Below, one piece after another: positions 52,297 through 64,000 of a DNA stretch of 64,000 bases. The stretch spans positions 83,886,001-83,950,000 of the forward strand of contig OX597831.1 of NCBI GenBank assembly GCA_951406725.2, read 5' to 3'. How positions within the stretch are numbered: the first letter of the stretch is position 1; every line of letters begins with the position of its first letter. Both the position numbers and the translations under genes were made by a program. This DNA is from Octopus vulgaris (Eukaryota). The notes beneath the pieces were generated by a model. It searched no databases, was not told the origin of the DNA, and saw nothing but the letters and a program-made list of their open reading frames with translations.

Positions 52297-52447
52297 AACA
52301 AACAAACAAATAAACACGCACACACGTATATATGAAATAATGGGTGTGCGTGTATAGAGAGAGACAGACATCTATACAGATAGATAGAGAGGAAAAAGAC
52401 ACATTAGATATATTTTATATATATCTAATGTGTCTAACTATTGCCAG

Positions 52448-52484
<37 letters not shown>

Positions 52485-53430
52485 TATATATACACATTCA
52501 AAATGTGACCGCGAGTGTACCGTTGGCGATTTTTTCCCTCCGTCTTCCCTTCCTTGGATCTTTCCTTTTCCTATGTTTCCGACGAAGAGCTCCGCTCGAA
52601 ACGTTAAACCCTCCTTTCCTTCTTTCCTGAGCGTCCAATAATACTACACTTGTTCCACGTCCTCGCGTTGTTGTGTTTTCTCTTTGTGTTTTCATGTTTG
52701 GATTAACTATATATATAAATATGTATCAATGTCTGTTTTTATGTTCATTTATAATCCTTTCTATTATAGGCACAAGGCCAGAAATTTGTGGAAGAGGTAA
52801 GTCGATTACATTGACCTCAGTACACAGCTGGTACTTATTTTTATCGACTCCGAAAGGATGAAAGGCAATGTCGACCTCGGTAGAATATGAACTCAGTACG
52901 TGAAGACGGACGAAATACCCGCAAGCATTTCGCTTGGCGTGCTAACGTCTCTGCCAGCTCGCCGCTTGTTCATTTATAATAAAAAACAACTTTGCACTAA
53001 TTTGATGGTTTGCTCTATAATTTTGTGGAGGACAAATTTATTATTCTTTTACACGAATGTCGTTGGCAATGACATCAAAGTTTCGTCCAACGATGGCTTA
53101 GATGGTTTTGTATATACATATATGAAGCGATTATTTCTTTCAATTGACCATATATATATATAACGGGAAGGTTTATGAAAAAAAAAACAAAAGACGAAGG
53201 CAGGTGGAGTACAAACAAACAAATGTATTAGTATGGCGCTCAGGAATAGAAATAGAAAAATTCTTTTACATTTCGAGCCTACGCTCTTCAACAGAAAGAT
53301 ACACAGAAAAAAAACAAGGAGAGAAAAAAATGCGTGTAGGAGCTAACGATCTATCATGGCGTTACACACACATTATATACACATGCACATATACATACAC
53401 ACACACGTACATACATATGTGTGTGTGTTT

Positions 53431-53471
<41 letters not shown>

Positions 53472-53487
53472 ATTTATGTATATATAA

Positions 53488-53533
<46 letters not shown>

Positions 53534-54099
53534 GTTTGAATGTATGTATGTTTGTATATATGTATGTATGTATACTGTTGTGTCTGTGGAGAGTCATTCT
53601 CTTTTGGTGCCTTATACATAAATATATATATGTGTGTGTGTGTGTGTGTATGTATATATGTATGTGTGTGTAGATGTATGTGTGTGTATGTATATATATT
53701 TATATATATTCTTTTATTCTTTTACTTGTTTCAGTCATTTGGCTGCTGCCATGCTGGAGCACCACCTTAAAGGGTTTTTTTTTTTAATCGAAAAAATCGA
53801 CCCACGACTTATTTGTAAACCTAGTACTTATTCTTTTGCCGACTCGCTAAGTTACGTGGACGTAAACACACCAACATCGTTTGCCAAGCGATGATGGAGA
53901 AACACAAAGAGACACACATAAATACTCACACACACTCACACACAAACACACACACACAAACACATATACACGACGGACTTCTTTCATTTACCGTCTCACA
54001 AGGCTTGGGTCAGCCCGAGGCTATAGTAGAACACGCCCAAGGTGCCATGTTGTGAGGCTGAACCCGGAAGCATATGGTTGGGAAGCAAGTTTTTTTTTA

Positions 54100-54483
54100 C
54101 CACCCACAAGGGGCTAAACACAGAGAGGACAAACGGATTAAATCGATTATATCGACCCAGTACATAACTGGTACTTAATTTATCGATCCCGAAAAGATGA
54201 AAGGCAAAGTGAACCTCGGTGGAATTTGAACTCAGAACGTAACAGCAGACAAAATACTTATTTCTTTACTACCCACAAGGGGCTAAACACAGAGGGGACA
54301 AACAAGGACAGACAAACGGATTAAGTCGATTGCATCGACCCCAGTGCGTAACTGGTACTTAATTTGTCGACCCCGAAAGGATGAAAGGCAAAGTCGACCT
54401 CGGCGGAATTTGAACTCAGAACGTAACGGCAGACGAAATACGGTTAAGCGTTTCACCCGGCGTGCTAACGTTTCTGCCAGCTC
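54100..54483 (-). mobile_element. SINE family B partial tandem dimer nested in a family A SINE
   Basis: Full copy plus a headless copy joined at AAATA(A/G)GTATTT. Confidence 0.8.
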
Positions 54484-55290
54484 TAGCACACAGCCACGCC
54501 TGCGTCTATATTACCCATTAAGGCGGTGCTGCAGCATGGCCTCACTGTACTGATTGATGCAAGTAAAAGACAAAAGATAAAAGTTCCATAGACAACCATT
54601 ACTTATAAACATAGCATGCCGACAATGGAAAGAATAATCATACATTACTCGAAGGATAACTTACCAAAAAAATTTTCCTTAAATGTCTTCATGGCAAAAG
54701 AACGAAAAAAAAATATATAAAATAAAATATAAACAGAAAAAAAATGGCGTGATATATCGTAAGCTACGGAAGACTTACTTCCTGGAAAACAAAGGCGGTA
54801 ATCCGCACGAGAAAAAAACTTTCCAGATTCAAGATCTCGAAAATGCCCAACACAAAAAGGAAGAACCAGATACATTCACGGATGACATTATCAGTTTATG
54901 AAAGAATATAGGGTTTTAATCACAAGAAAATGATTTCTTTGGCAAGCTAAAGTTATAATAAATAAATGAATAAAATAGATAAAAGCGAATGGAATCAGCC
55001 GATAACCAATGCGTATTAGCAGACGAAAACAAGGAACCGATATATTTTACAAATGCGTCTTATAGAGTAATAAAAGAAAAAAGCAGACAACACAAAGCAA
55101 AAGTGGATTCACAACGCAAGAATCACAACACACACATCCGCGAAGCTTTAACACCCGAGACAGATTTAGATGCTTAATAATAATAAAGAAGAAGAAGAAG
55201 AAGGAGGAGGAGGTGAGGAGGGGAAGGAGAGGGGAGGGGAAACGAAGAAGAAGAGGAACAAGAACAACTCAAAAAGAAAGAAGATGAGAA

Positions 55291-55322
<32 letters not shown>

Positions 55323-55535
55323 ATTATGATGATGATGATGATTATGATGATGATGATGATGGTGGTGATTATGATGAGGATGATGATGATGATGAGTATG
55401 ATGATGATGGTGGTGATTATGATGAGGATGATGATAATGATGATGATGATCATTATCATCATCATGATGCTGGAAAAGTGTTTTTTGTGAGTGAATTTAG
55501 TCTAACCTGCTATACATACATACATACTTAATGTT

Positions 55536-55585
<50 letters not shown>

Positions 55586-56627
55586 CATATACACATACAA
55601 ACATAGCTATGTGTGTATGTCTGTGTGTGAAATCAATGTGCAAGTAGCTGAGCACTCCACAGTCACGTGTACCCTTAGCTTAGTTCCCAAGGAGATTCAG
55701 TGTGACACATAGTGTGCTAAGGCCGGCCCTTTGAAATACAAGTACATCTCATTTTTGCCAGGTGAGGGGACTGAAGCAACGTGAAATAAAGTGACTTTCT
55801 CAAGGACACAACACGTTGCCAGATATCAGATTTACGATCTTATAATCTTGACCCAAATACCCTAAAAACTTAACCACGCGCCCACTATTCGCATATATTA
55901 ATGGTGTCAGAAACAAAAAATCGAATATGAATTAGATTCGAATTTATTTCTTCAGGTTGATGTCAATTAAGCTAGAACAGACAATAATCTTACACCAAAA
56001 TGGGATTCCTGAAGAAACCTTCTAATCAAGAAAGATGGTCACTGAAAAGTGTTACGGTAGAATTTCATGTATTCGAGCTAGAACTCTTGTTCCTGTTCTA
56101 TAAAATGGAAATTTCCTTTAATGGTATAAGAGTAAGTTCTATAAGCTGTTCAACGATGACAACATTAAAGTGAGCTAGAGTTACATAAGAAAACATATCT
56201 ATCGCTGTCAAAAAGCACAATGCAAAATCATTGTAAATAGTCGTAGAACAAAGTGAAATGTTGAAACAAACAGCTCTGTTCACTTAAAGGGAAACTGTCA
56301 AGAGATACGTAAGTATTGATTACCATGTTAATGTATTCACATCAACTTGCTTTAAAAGACCTACATAGCACATCTTGAAGACTTACCTGCAACAGAGATT
56401 CCTTCGAAATTCTAAATATCACAATCTGGAAAATACCTAAGCACTTTCAGAAGACGAAAAGTATATTTGAAAACTGAGAGACAAAGGAGAGACCAGTAAC
56501 CTATTATAGTTAATGCTAAATAAGGACAGTCTTTTAAGAACGAATTAAAGTTATACGACATCTTTCTTACACATAAGTTGTTAGCTTTCTCAACTTGTGA
56601 GTTAACAAAAAAAAATAATAATAATAA

Positions 56628-56855
56628 ATTAATACAAAATGGCTGACGGTTAGTAAGGAGAGACACACAAATAAGAAAGAAGAAAGCAAAGGACCACTGA
56701 TGCGGTCACAGGAGTGTGACGAAAGAACTCTGGCTGAAATAAGATTAAGTTTAATGTAAAAAATAAATAACACTGAAGCAAAGTAACACCAAATATATAG
56801 TGCGTGTGTTTTTATTGGCTAAACTGGCAAAATGACCATTCCGAAATACAACAAT
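56628..56855 (+). mobile_element. Solo pLTR of the 41799 Penelope family with HHR-like motif 56694-56733
   Basis: Reverse complement of ~41799-42020. Confidence 0.85.
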
Positions 56856-57254
56856 AATAAATTAATACTTTCGTAAAAAAAAAACAATTAAACTAATGAT
56901 TTCGATTCCCTGACATATACTCAACTTCTTCCTTGAAAATCTTAAAAACAATCTCCTACCTCATTCCTAATTCAGGACAGATGACAACCGATGATTTATA
57001 CTGCATAAACCGCCTTCAATCATTTAATTTATTTCCAAGTCATTGACATATACGGCGGGGCCAACAGAAAGAAACTATAGTTCGAGGATATAATATCCGT
57101 TTATCTCATATAATTTAACATGTATAAGAGTCGACATACTTCTTACATAAAGTTGTATTGAAAAGTTTTATGTTTTTGTATCACAACACAAACAGCTCTT
57201 TTTCTGTATAATATATGTAGCAGTTGTATGACTAAGTACCGCCAATATAAATAA

Positions 57255-59210
57255 TAATAATAATAATAATAATAATTGTGTACAGTGCTCAGGTGCACTA
57301 CAACTCATCTAAAGTGTATATATAATCAGGTGTAGTTTCGGCGGATTTCGGAAAGCATGAGGGCCTTAAAAGATGCAGTGTCATGGCAGTCAACAACTGA
57401 CGCAGGCAGTTTATTCCATGCTTCAGCAACTCTGAGCGTGAAAAAATGTTTCCGAAAGTCATGGGAGCTGTATTGTTTTCTGACTTTGTAGGCATGTCCA
57501 CGTGTGTTAGACACATGGAGATCAAAAAGGTGTTCAGTGTTGTTGTTGGTGAGGTGGTTGATAACTTTGTGGGTGTTTACCAAGTCCGTCGCCAAACGCC
57601 GGAGCTTCAGTGAATCCATGCCCAGGGAAACAAGGCGCTCAGAATATGGTAGGTGTCTGATCGAGGGTATGCGTTTGGTTGCACGTCTCTGGACAGATTC
57701 CAGGAGGTCAATGTTCTGTGCAAGATAGGGGTTCCAAACTGATGATGCGAATTCCAAGTGTGGTCGTACCATAGCTGTATACAGTTTTAAATAGATGGCT
57801 GGAGAGCGGCTAACAAAAGACCTGCTGAGTGATGCCAAGACACCCTCGGCCTTCCTGACAATCTTAGAGATATGCTTTGACCAACGCAAATCACTGCTGA
57901 CAGTGATGCCTAGGTCACGCTCGCAAGAGGATTTCTTGATATCAGTGTTGTGGAGGGAGTAAGTGAACGCAGGGTTTTTTCTCCCAAAATGCATGGTGGT
58001 ACACTTGTCCACAGCCAGTTTCAGTTGCCAGTCTGTGATCCATTGCTGCATTGTGTCTAGGTCTGATTGCAGGAAAGAGTTGTAGACATCAGGATCTGTC
58101 CTCTTGATTTCAAGGTACAGCTTGATGTCGTCTGCATATTTCAATACTGTGGCATTCTTTAAATTGGCATCTATGTCGTTAATGTATGCCACAAACAAGA
58201 GGGGACCAAGGACAGATCCCTGTGGTACACCCGATGACATCTCATATGGTGTAGAGTGCTGTCCTAGAACTGTGACTACCTCCTTTCGGCTGAGGATGAA
58301 GGATTTCAACCAGTTAAAAAGGTCATCCCCCACACCCATTGCAGAGAGTTTCACCATAAGCCTTTTGTGTGGTACAGAGTTGAAAGCCTTAGCAAAGTCA
58401 AGGTAGACAACATCCACCCATGAGCCACTGTCAGTAATCTGAGTAATGTCCTCAAGGAACTCGACAAGCTGGTCACTGCAGCTGGAGTTAGGGACAAATC
58501 CATATTGTGAGGGTCGGATGAGACTGTGAGAGCTTCAGAAGTTCCAGAGTGTTTCTCTGACACACGATTCCATCAGTTTTGCAATACAGCTAGTGAGACT
58601 GACTGGGCGATAGTTGACAGGTGATGTGCGGTCGCCCTTTTTGAACAGAGGAATGACACTGGCAGTTTTCCACTGCTCCGGAGTAGCACCATTGTTGAGA
58701 CAGTACTGGAAGAAAATAGAAAGCTGGTGTAAAAGGAAGTGCCTGCCACGTTTGAGAAGCAGGTATGTAACTCCATCGAGACCAGGGGAGGCATAGTTGC
58801 GCTTATTTTGAAGGTGACGTCGCAGCATTGCAGGTGTAAATTCCATAGTTGTTATGGAGTTTGCTGTTAGTGATGGTGAAGATGGTACATTTTGACTTTC
58901 AACAGTGAATATGTTTGCATAGCACTCGGCAATGAGTTCTGCGCATTCCTTGGGGTCGTCAGTGATCTGGTTTGTGTGAGGGTTGCGAAGAGGGCCCACT
59001 GGAGAGTGAGGTCTCTGCTTTGAGTGCACATATTTCCAGAAAACCTTGCTGTCAGGATTGGCTGCTATGCACTGTTCAAATTCAAGCACTGCTTTTTTTG
59101 TCACTTGCTTGAGATGGTTGGAGGATTTATTCCGCTTCTTCCTGTTGGTGTCTGATTTATGCAACCTGTATTCCCGTTCAGCAGTCCGACGTTCCCTCCT
59201 GGCAAGTCGG
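57255..59210 (-). mobile_element. 5'-truncated CR1-group LINE, RT with frameshift near 58535, (ATT)n tail
   Basis: SPGLDG, PLFKKGDR..NYRPVSL, VYLDFAKAF, SGVPQGSVLGP, YADD, VRPHLEFASSVWNP, LESVQRRATK. Confidence 0.92.
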
Positions 59211-59725
59211 ACCGTGAAGTTTCCCAAATTGCCCTTTTGGGGCGGTTCTTCTTTAGGTTTACCGTCGTGCATTAAGAATTAATTCTGGGAATTGTTCCAA
59301 ATTATACTAAATGATGTAGTAGCATTTTCTCTTTTTGTTTTTTTCTTTGTTGTTTTATTTTCATTTTTTATTTCTATGAGATACTGCGATACTCATATCT
59401 CGTGTTTCCTTTTGCTCCTCGATAAAAACAATGAAATCTAATAAAATAAAGTAATGACAATCGAGAATAACAATTTGATAAAAACCTTCATTTTTACCAC
59501 CATCATCACCAAAACCATCACCACCTACTCCAACACCAACACCTCCATCACCACCGCTGCTGCGACAGCTGCCGCCGCCGCCGCTGCCACTTGCACTATC
59601 ATTGTCATGATCACCAACATCATCATCATCATTACCATTCATAGCTAACAGAGATATTACATTGTCGCTCGACTTGCTAAAAATAACCGCGCAGTTTCTC
59701 TTTCGTATTTCATACTCTACTGTAG

Positions 59726-60141
59726 GGCGACGAGCTGGCAGAATCGTTAGCACTCCGGGCGAAATGCTTAGCGGTATTTCGTCTACCACTACGTTCTGAG
59801 TTCAAATTCCGCCGAGGTCGACTTTGCCTTTCATCCTTTCGGGGTCGATAAATTAAGTACCAGTTACGCACTGGGGTTCGATATAATCGACTTAATACCT
59901 ATGTCTGTCCTTGTTTGTCCCCTCTGTGTTTAGCCCCTCGTGGGTAATAAAGAAATAGGTATTTCCTCTGCCTCTACGTTCTGAGTTCAAATTCCGCCGA
60001 GGTCGACTTTGCCTTTCATCCTTTCGGGGTCGATAAATAAAGTACCAGTTCCGCACTGGGGTCGATGTAATCGACTTAATCCGTCTGTCTATCCTTGTTT
60101 GTCCCCTCTGTGTTTGTCCCCTCTGTGGGTAGTAAAGAAAT
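59726..60141 (+). mobile_element. SINE family B partial tandem dimer
   Basis: Full copy, then a headless copy starting at GTATTTC (~59959). Confidence 0.82.
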
Positions 60142-61166
60142 ATATTGATAAAGGTTTTATCATCATCCCAAGATCGTGGTTTCGATTCTCGAACCGAGCG
60201 ATGTATTGCTTTCTTGAACAAATCATTTCATTTCATTCTACCTCAGTTCACTCGGCTGTTAACGAATAATCCTGCGACGCGAGGGAATGGAATCCCGTTC
60301 AGAAGAGTTTGTTTTGATCTCGCTGTGGGAACCAGATAACCGGCCCTGTGTATCCTCGGGCTCGAGATAATTATGTCTAGGTGTTGTTGTTGTTGTTGTT
60401 TATGATGATGATGATGATGACGACGACGACGACGACGATGATGATGATGATGATGACGATGACGACGACGACGACGACGACGATGATGATATAGTAAGTT
60501 GGCTTTAATATCATGGGTTTGTTCGAAGACATAATACGTATTGGGCTCATGATCGTGAAATGATGGACTCCATTTTTGGACTGGGCGGCGCACTGTGTCC
60601 GTTCTTGAATAAGATACTTTATTTTGCATTGCTGTAATTGATTCAATTGAAAAGGAGCAGCAGAGTTTAGTTGGAACTATGCGAAGAACTGGTGTCCGAT
60701 TTAGAGAAGCGCTACTCTTATATTCGGCGAGCTGGCAGAAACGTTAGTACGCCGGGCGAAATGTGTAGCCATATTTCGTCTGCCGTTACGTTCTGAGTTC
60801 AAATTCCGCCGAGGTCGATTTTACCTTTCATCCTTTCGTGGTCGATAAATTAAGTACCAGTTATGCACTGGAGTCGATCTAATCGACTTAATCCCTTCGT
60901 CTGTCCTTGTTTGTCCCCTCTGTGTTTAGCCCCTTGTGGCTAGTAAAGAAATAGGCATGTAAATTTTGGAGAATCCTTGATTCTTCTGATTATCTCCTCT
61001 TCTCATTTGGAGTTTAGTCACAATTGCCACCAATTCTTTCCTCTATCCTCGAAAGAGGAGATAATTTCAGTAAATCAAAATTCTTTAATGCACATTAATT
61101 CATCTCTCTCTCTCTCTCTCTTTCTCTCTCTTCCTGTCTTTTCTCACACATACGCGCACGCACGCC

Positions 61167-61226
<60 letters not shown>

Positions 61227-61334
61227 GATAGATGGCAAAGATAGATGATTAACAAATACGTAGACAAACACATGGACAGACTAATGGACATACAGATAGA
61301 CAGGCAGATGGATGGATGGATGGATGGATGGATG

Positions 61335-61424
<90 letters not shown>

Positions 61425-62916
61425 AAGAAAGATGGATAGATCTGTTATAATTTCACAACACCGAAGATGCCCTACAGGAAGAAATTCACTTCTGTACTTG
61501 GGAATTATTTTATTTTATCGACGCCTGAAAGTTTAAATGCATTGTTGATCCCTGTTTGATTTTGGCACAGAACGTAGAAGGCCACAACTAAACGCAACAG
61601 CCACCCGCCTCCGGGACTGTGTGCATGAGTGCTTCTTCGCATGTGTGTGTGTATTATATCTTTCCATCCTCGGACCCAGAACCCCTTATGGGGCCATCGT
61701 CAAAAACTGAGTTCCTTATGTATTTAGAGCACATCCTTCTTCCGTCTGTGAGCACAATCGAATTCTTCAAAGATAGTGAAAGGAAAAAAAGAATCGACTC
61801 CGATGTGATGAAAACAAAGTTGACTTCAGCAGGATTCGAACTCAGTGTGCTGGTAGCCAATACGGATATTGCAAAGGAATTTGTTTTACGTTCTAATGAC
61901 TTTGATTGCTACCTGCCTTATGGAAAGTGTGTGTGTGTATGTGTGTGAGTGTGTGTGTATGTGTGTGAGTGTGTGTGTATGTGTGTGAGTGTATTTATAC
62001 ATATATGCACATGTATGTATGTATGTATGTATGTATGTACGAATGTATGTGTATGCAAATATGTAGGTGTATGCCTATTTCTTTATTACCCACAAGGGGC
62101 TAAACACAGAGGGGACAAACAAGGACAGACATAGGTATTAAGTCGATTACATCGACCCCAGTGCGTAACTGGTACTTAATTTATCGACCCCGAAAGGATG
62201 AAAGGCAAAGTCGACCTCGGCGGAATTTGAACTCAGAACGTAACGGCAGTCGAAATACGGCTACGCATTTCGCCCGACGTGCTTAACGATTCTACCTGCT
62301 CGACGCATTCTAGATGTGAATAATATTAAAATTGAAGAAGAATGTAGAAGGGAACCGTAGAGAACTATGCAAATCAGGCAGAATACAAAGCGAAAATGCA
62401 ATCAGCTGCTATAAAATCGAAACCAATATCCAATCTGCAATATATAAAATATCAATAAACACATTTAAATTCTTTTACTACATGTGCCGATAAAAATCAA
62501 TAAACCCGTTAAACATAAAACTGCACCCAGATCATTAAATTTTCTTCATTTATATCGATTTTCATACACAAAGTACTTCGGAAAATTAAACATTTAGAAT
62601 TTTGTTTTATTTGATGGAGTAGGGGAGTTTATTTTTCTCTTTTGGCGTAGTTTAGATATTAATAACTTATTCATGCTTGAATTTCTATCTGCAGATATGG
62701 CGAGTTCACCAAGTACACGATAAAACTGTGTGTAAATAATATATTATGCATATAAATGTATGCATGCATGCATACTCAAATACATATGTGCTTAAATTTT
62801 TGCATACACATACACACATACATACATATGTACATACATACGTACGTACATGTATGCATGCGTACATAGATACATACTCACGTATGTACGTACATACATA
62901 TATACATACATATATT

Positions 62917-63013
<97 letters not shown>

Positions 63014-63424
63014 ATGAAGAATAGGAACTTATGGGTATAGATTTCATAATCACAGATCCATGATTAGTTTCCTACACAGAATAAATATATGGCCAACGAT
63101 GTGTGTGTATGTGTATACATAAATACATATATACGTATGTATTCTCCTGCCTGTTCTTTGCCACTCTCTTCTTCGTTCTTACTCGCTCTGCCTTCCATAC
63201 AAACAGAGAAACACATTCTTCACACACACGCATTCACTCAAAAACAAACACAAATGTGTTGCAGTGGATGGTAGTGCGTGTTCAATACACGCGCGTGCAT
63301 ACACATTCATGTGTGTGTTTGAAAGCGTGTGTGTGCCTGTGTGTTTGTCTCTATGTATGTATGAATGTACATACATGCATGTATGCATATATATGCGTAT
63401 ATATATATATATATATATATATAT

Positions 63425-64000
63425 AGCAATAATAATTCTCTAAAAGAGATATAGACAGTAACTGCTCGATAACATAAGGGACTAAAGCCATCTGAATATG
63501 GCTAGGGACAGGGCAGGGTGGTGGGGGTGTTACTGTTGCATTTAGCCCCAGGCGAACATCGACGTCACCAGAAAGGCCCGACACCGTCACGGTGTCCTTA
63601 ACCTGCAAAGGGAGGTAATTCCCCGATGAAGCGGAAACCACACACGGACCATGGTTTCAAGGTGTATTGCCTATCGTCGGCGTGTGGTAGGCTTCCGCTT
63701 CCTCGACGAATTCTCACTCTGCAGGATATTCATATATAGATTTTCAAGCAAAATACATTTGCTGATTTCGAAAATCTGTTCGAAAGCAATAATAATTCTC
63801 TAAAAGAGATATAGACAGTAACTGCTCGATAACATAAGGGACTAAAGCCATCTGAATATGGCTAGGGACAGGGCAGGGTGGTGGGGGTGTTACTGTTGCA
63901 TTTAGCCCCAGGCGAACATCGACGTCACCAGAAAGGCCCGACACCGTCACGGTGTCCTTAACCTGCAAAGGGAGGTAATTCCCCGATGAAGCGGAAACCA
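63425..64000 (-). mobile_element. Retrozyme-like 360-bp tandem repeat running off the window, 3' end in (TA)n
   Basis: Units start 63425 and 63785 and are identical over the overlap; many GC hairpins; HHR at 63641-63686. Confidence 0.85.
63641..63686 (-). ncRNA. Type I hammerhead, U4C core variant
   Basis: cacacg CCGACGA t-AGG..CCT-t GAA ACCATGGT C cgtgtg. Confidence 0.75.

Noticed and set aside
55170-55490. Glu/Gly/Met-rich ORF
   Set aside because: (GAA)/(GAT)n simple repeats only.
55900-56600. PBS-like TGGTGTCAGAA followed by possible decayed gag
   Set aside because: No LTR pair or recognisable gag/pol motif.
63620-63662. Plus-strand CCGATGA-AGCG-GAAAC look-alike in the 360-bp unit
   Set aside because: No stem II or stem I; it is the complement side of the minus-strand hammerhead's extended stem.

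Overview
This is AT-rich, microsatellite-dense animal DNA, most likely an octopus or other cephalopod. That assignment is inferred from the tRNA-derived CORE-like and Meta-like SINE families and the repeat content. No host gene is evident, and nearly all short ORFs in the track are translated microsatellites. The real coding sequence all belongs to transposons: stacked 5'-truncated R4/Dong (RT+RLE) LINEs in (TAA)n at 2.4-8.7 kb, two Penelope-like elements (PLEs; RT+GIY-YIG) at 28.3-33.2 kb (+) and 41.8-44.4 kb (-), a CR1-like LINE, and Tx1, RTE and mariner remnants. Non-autonomous Helitrons and many SINEs are also present. The main hidden signal is non-coding. About 15 unrelated small element families carry hammerhead-ribozyme (HHR) motifs, mostly inserted at (TA)n and often as tandem units with an inverted 5' segment. 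They include retrozyme-like arrays of 563, 549 (x7) and 360 bp, core variants that keep the 3-8 pair (C-G, U-A, G-C), and a tRNA-headed HHR element. Two unrelated families have the three hammerhead strands in reversed, non-circularly permuted order, with covarying stems. All RNA structures were paired by eye; none has been folded computationally or tested.
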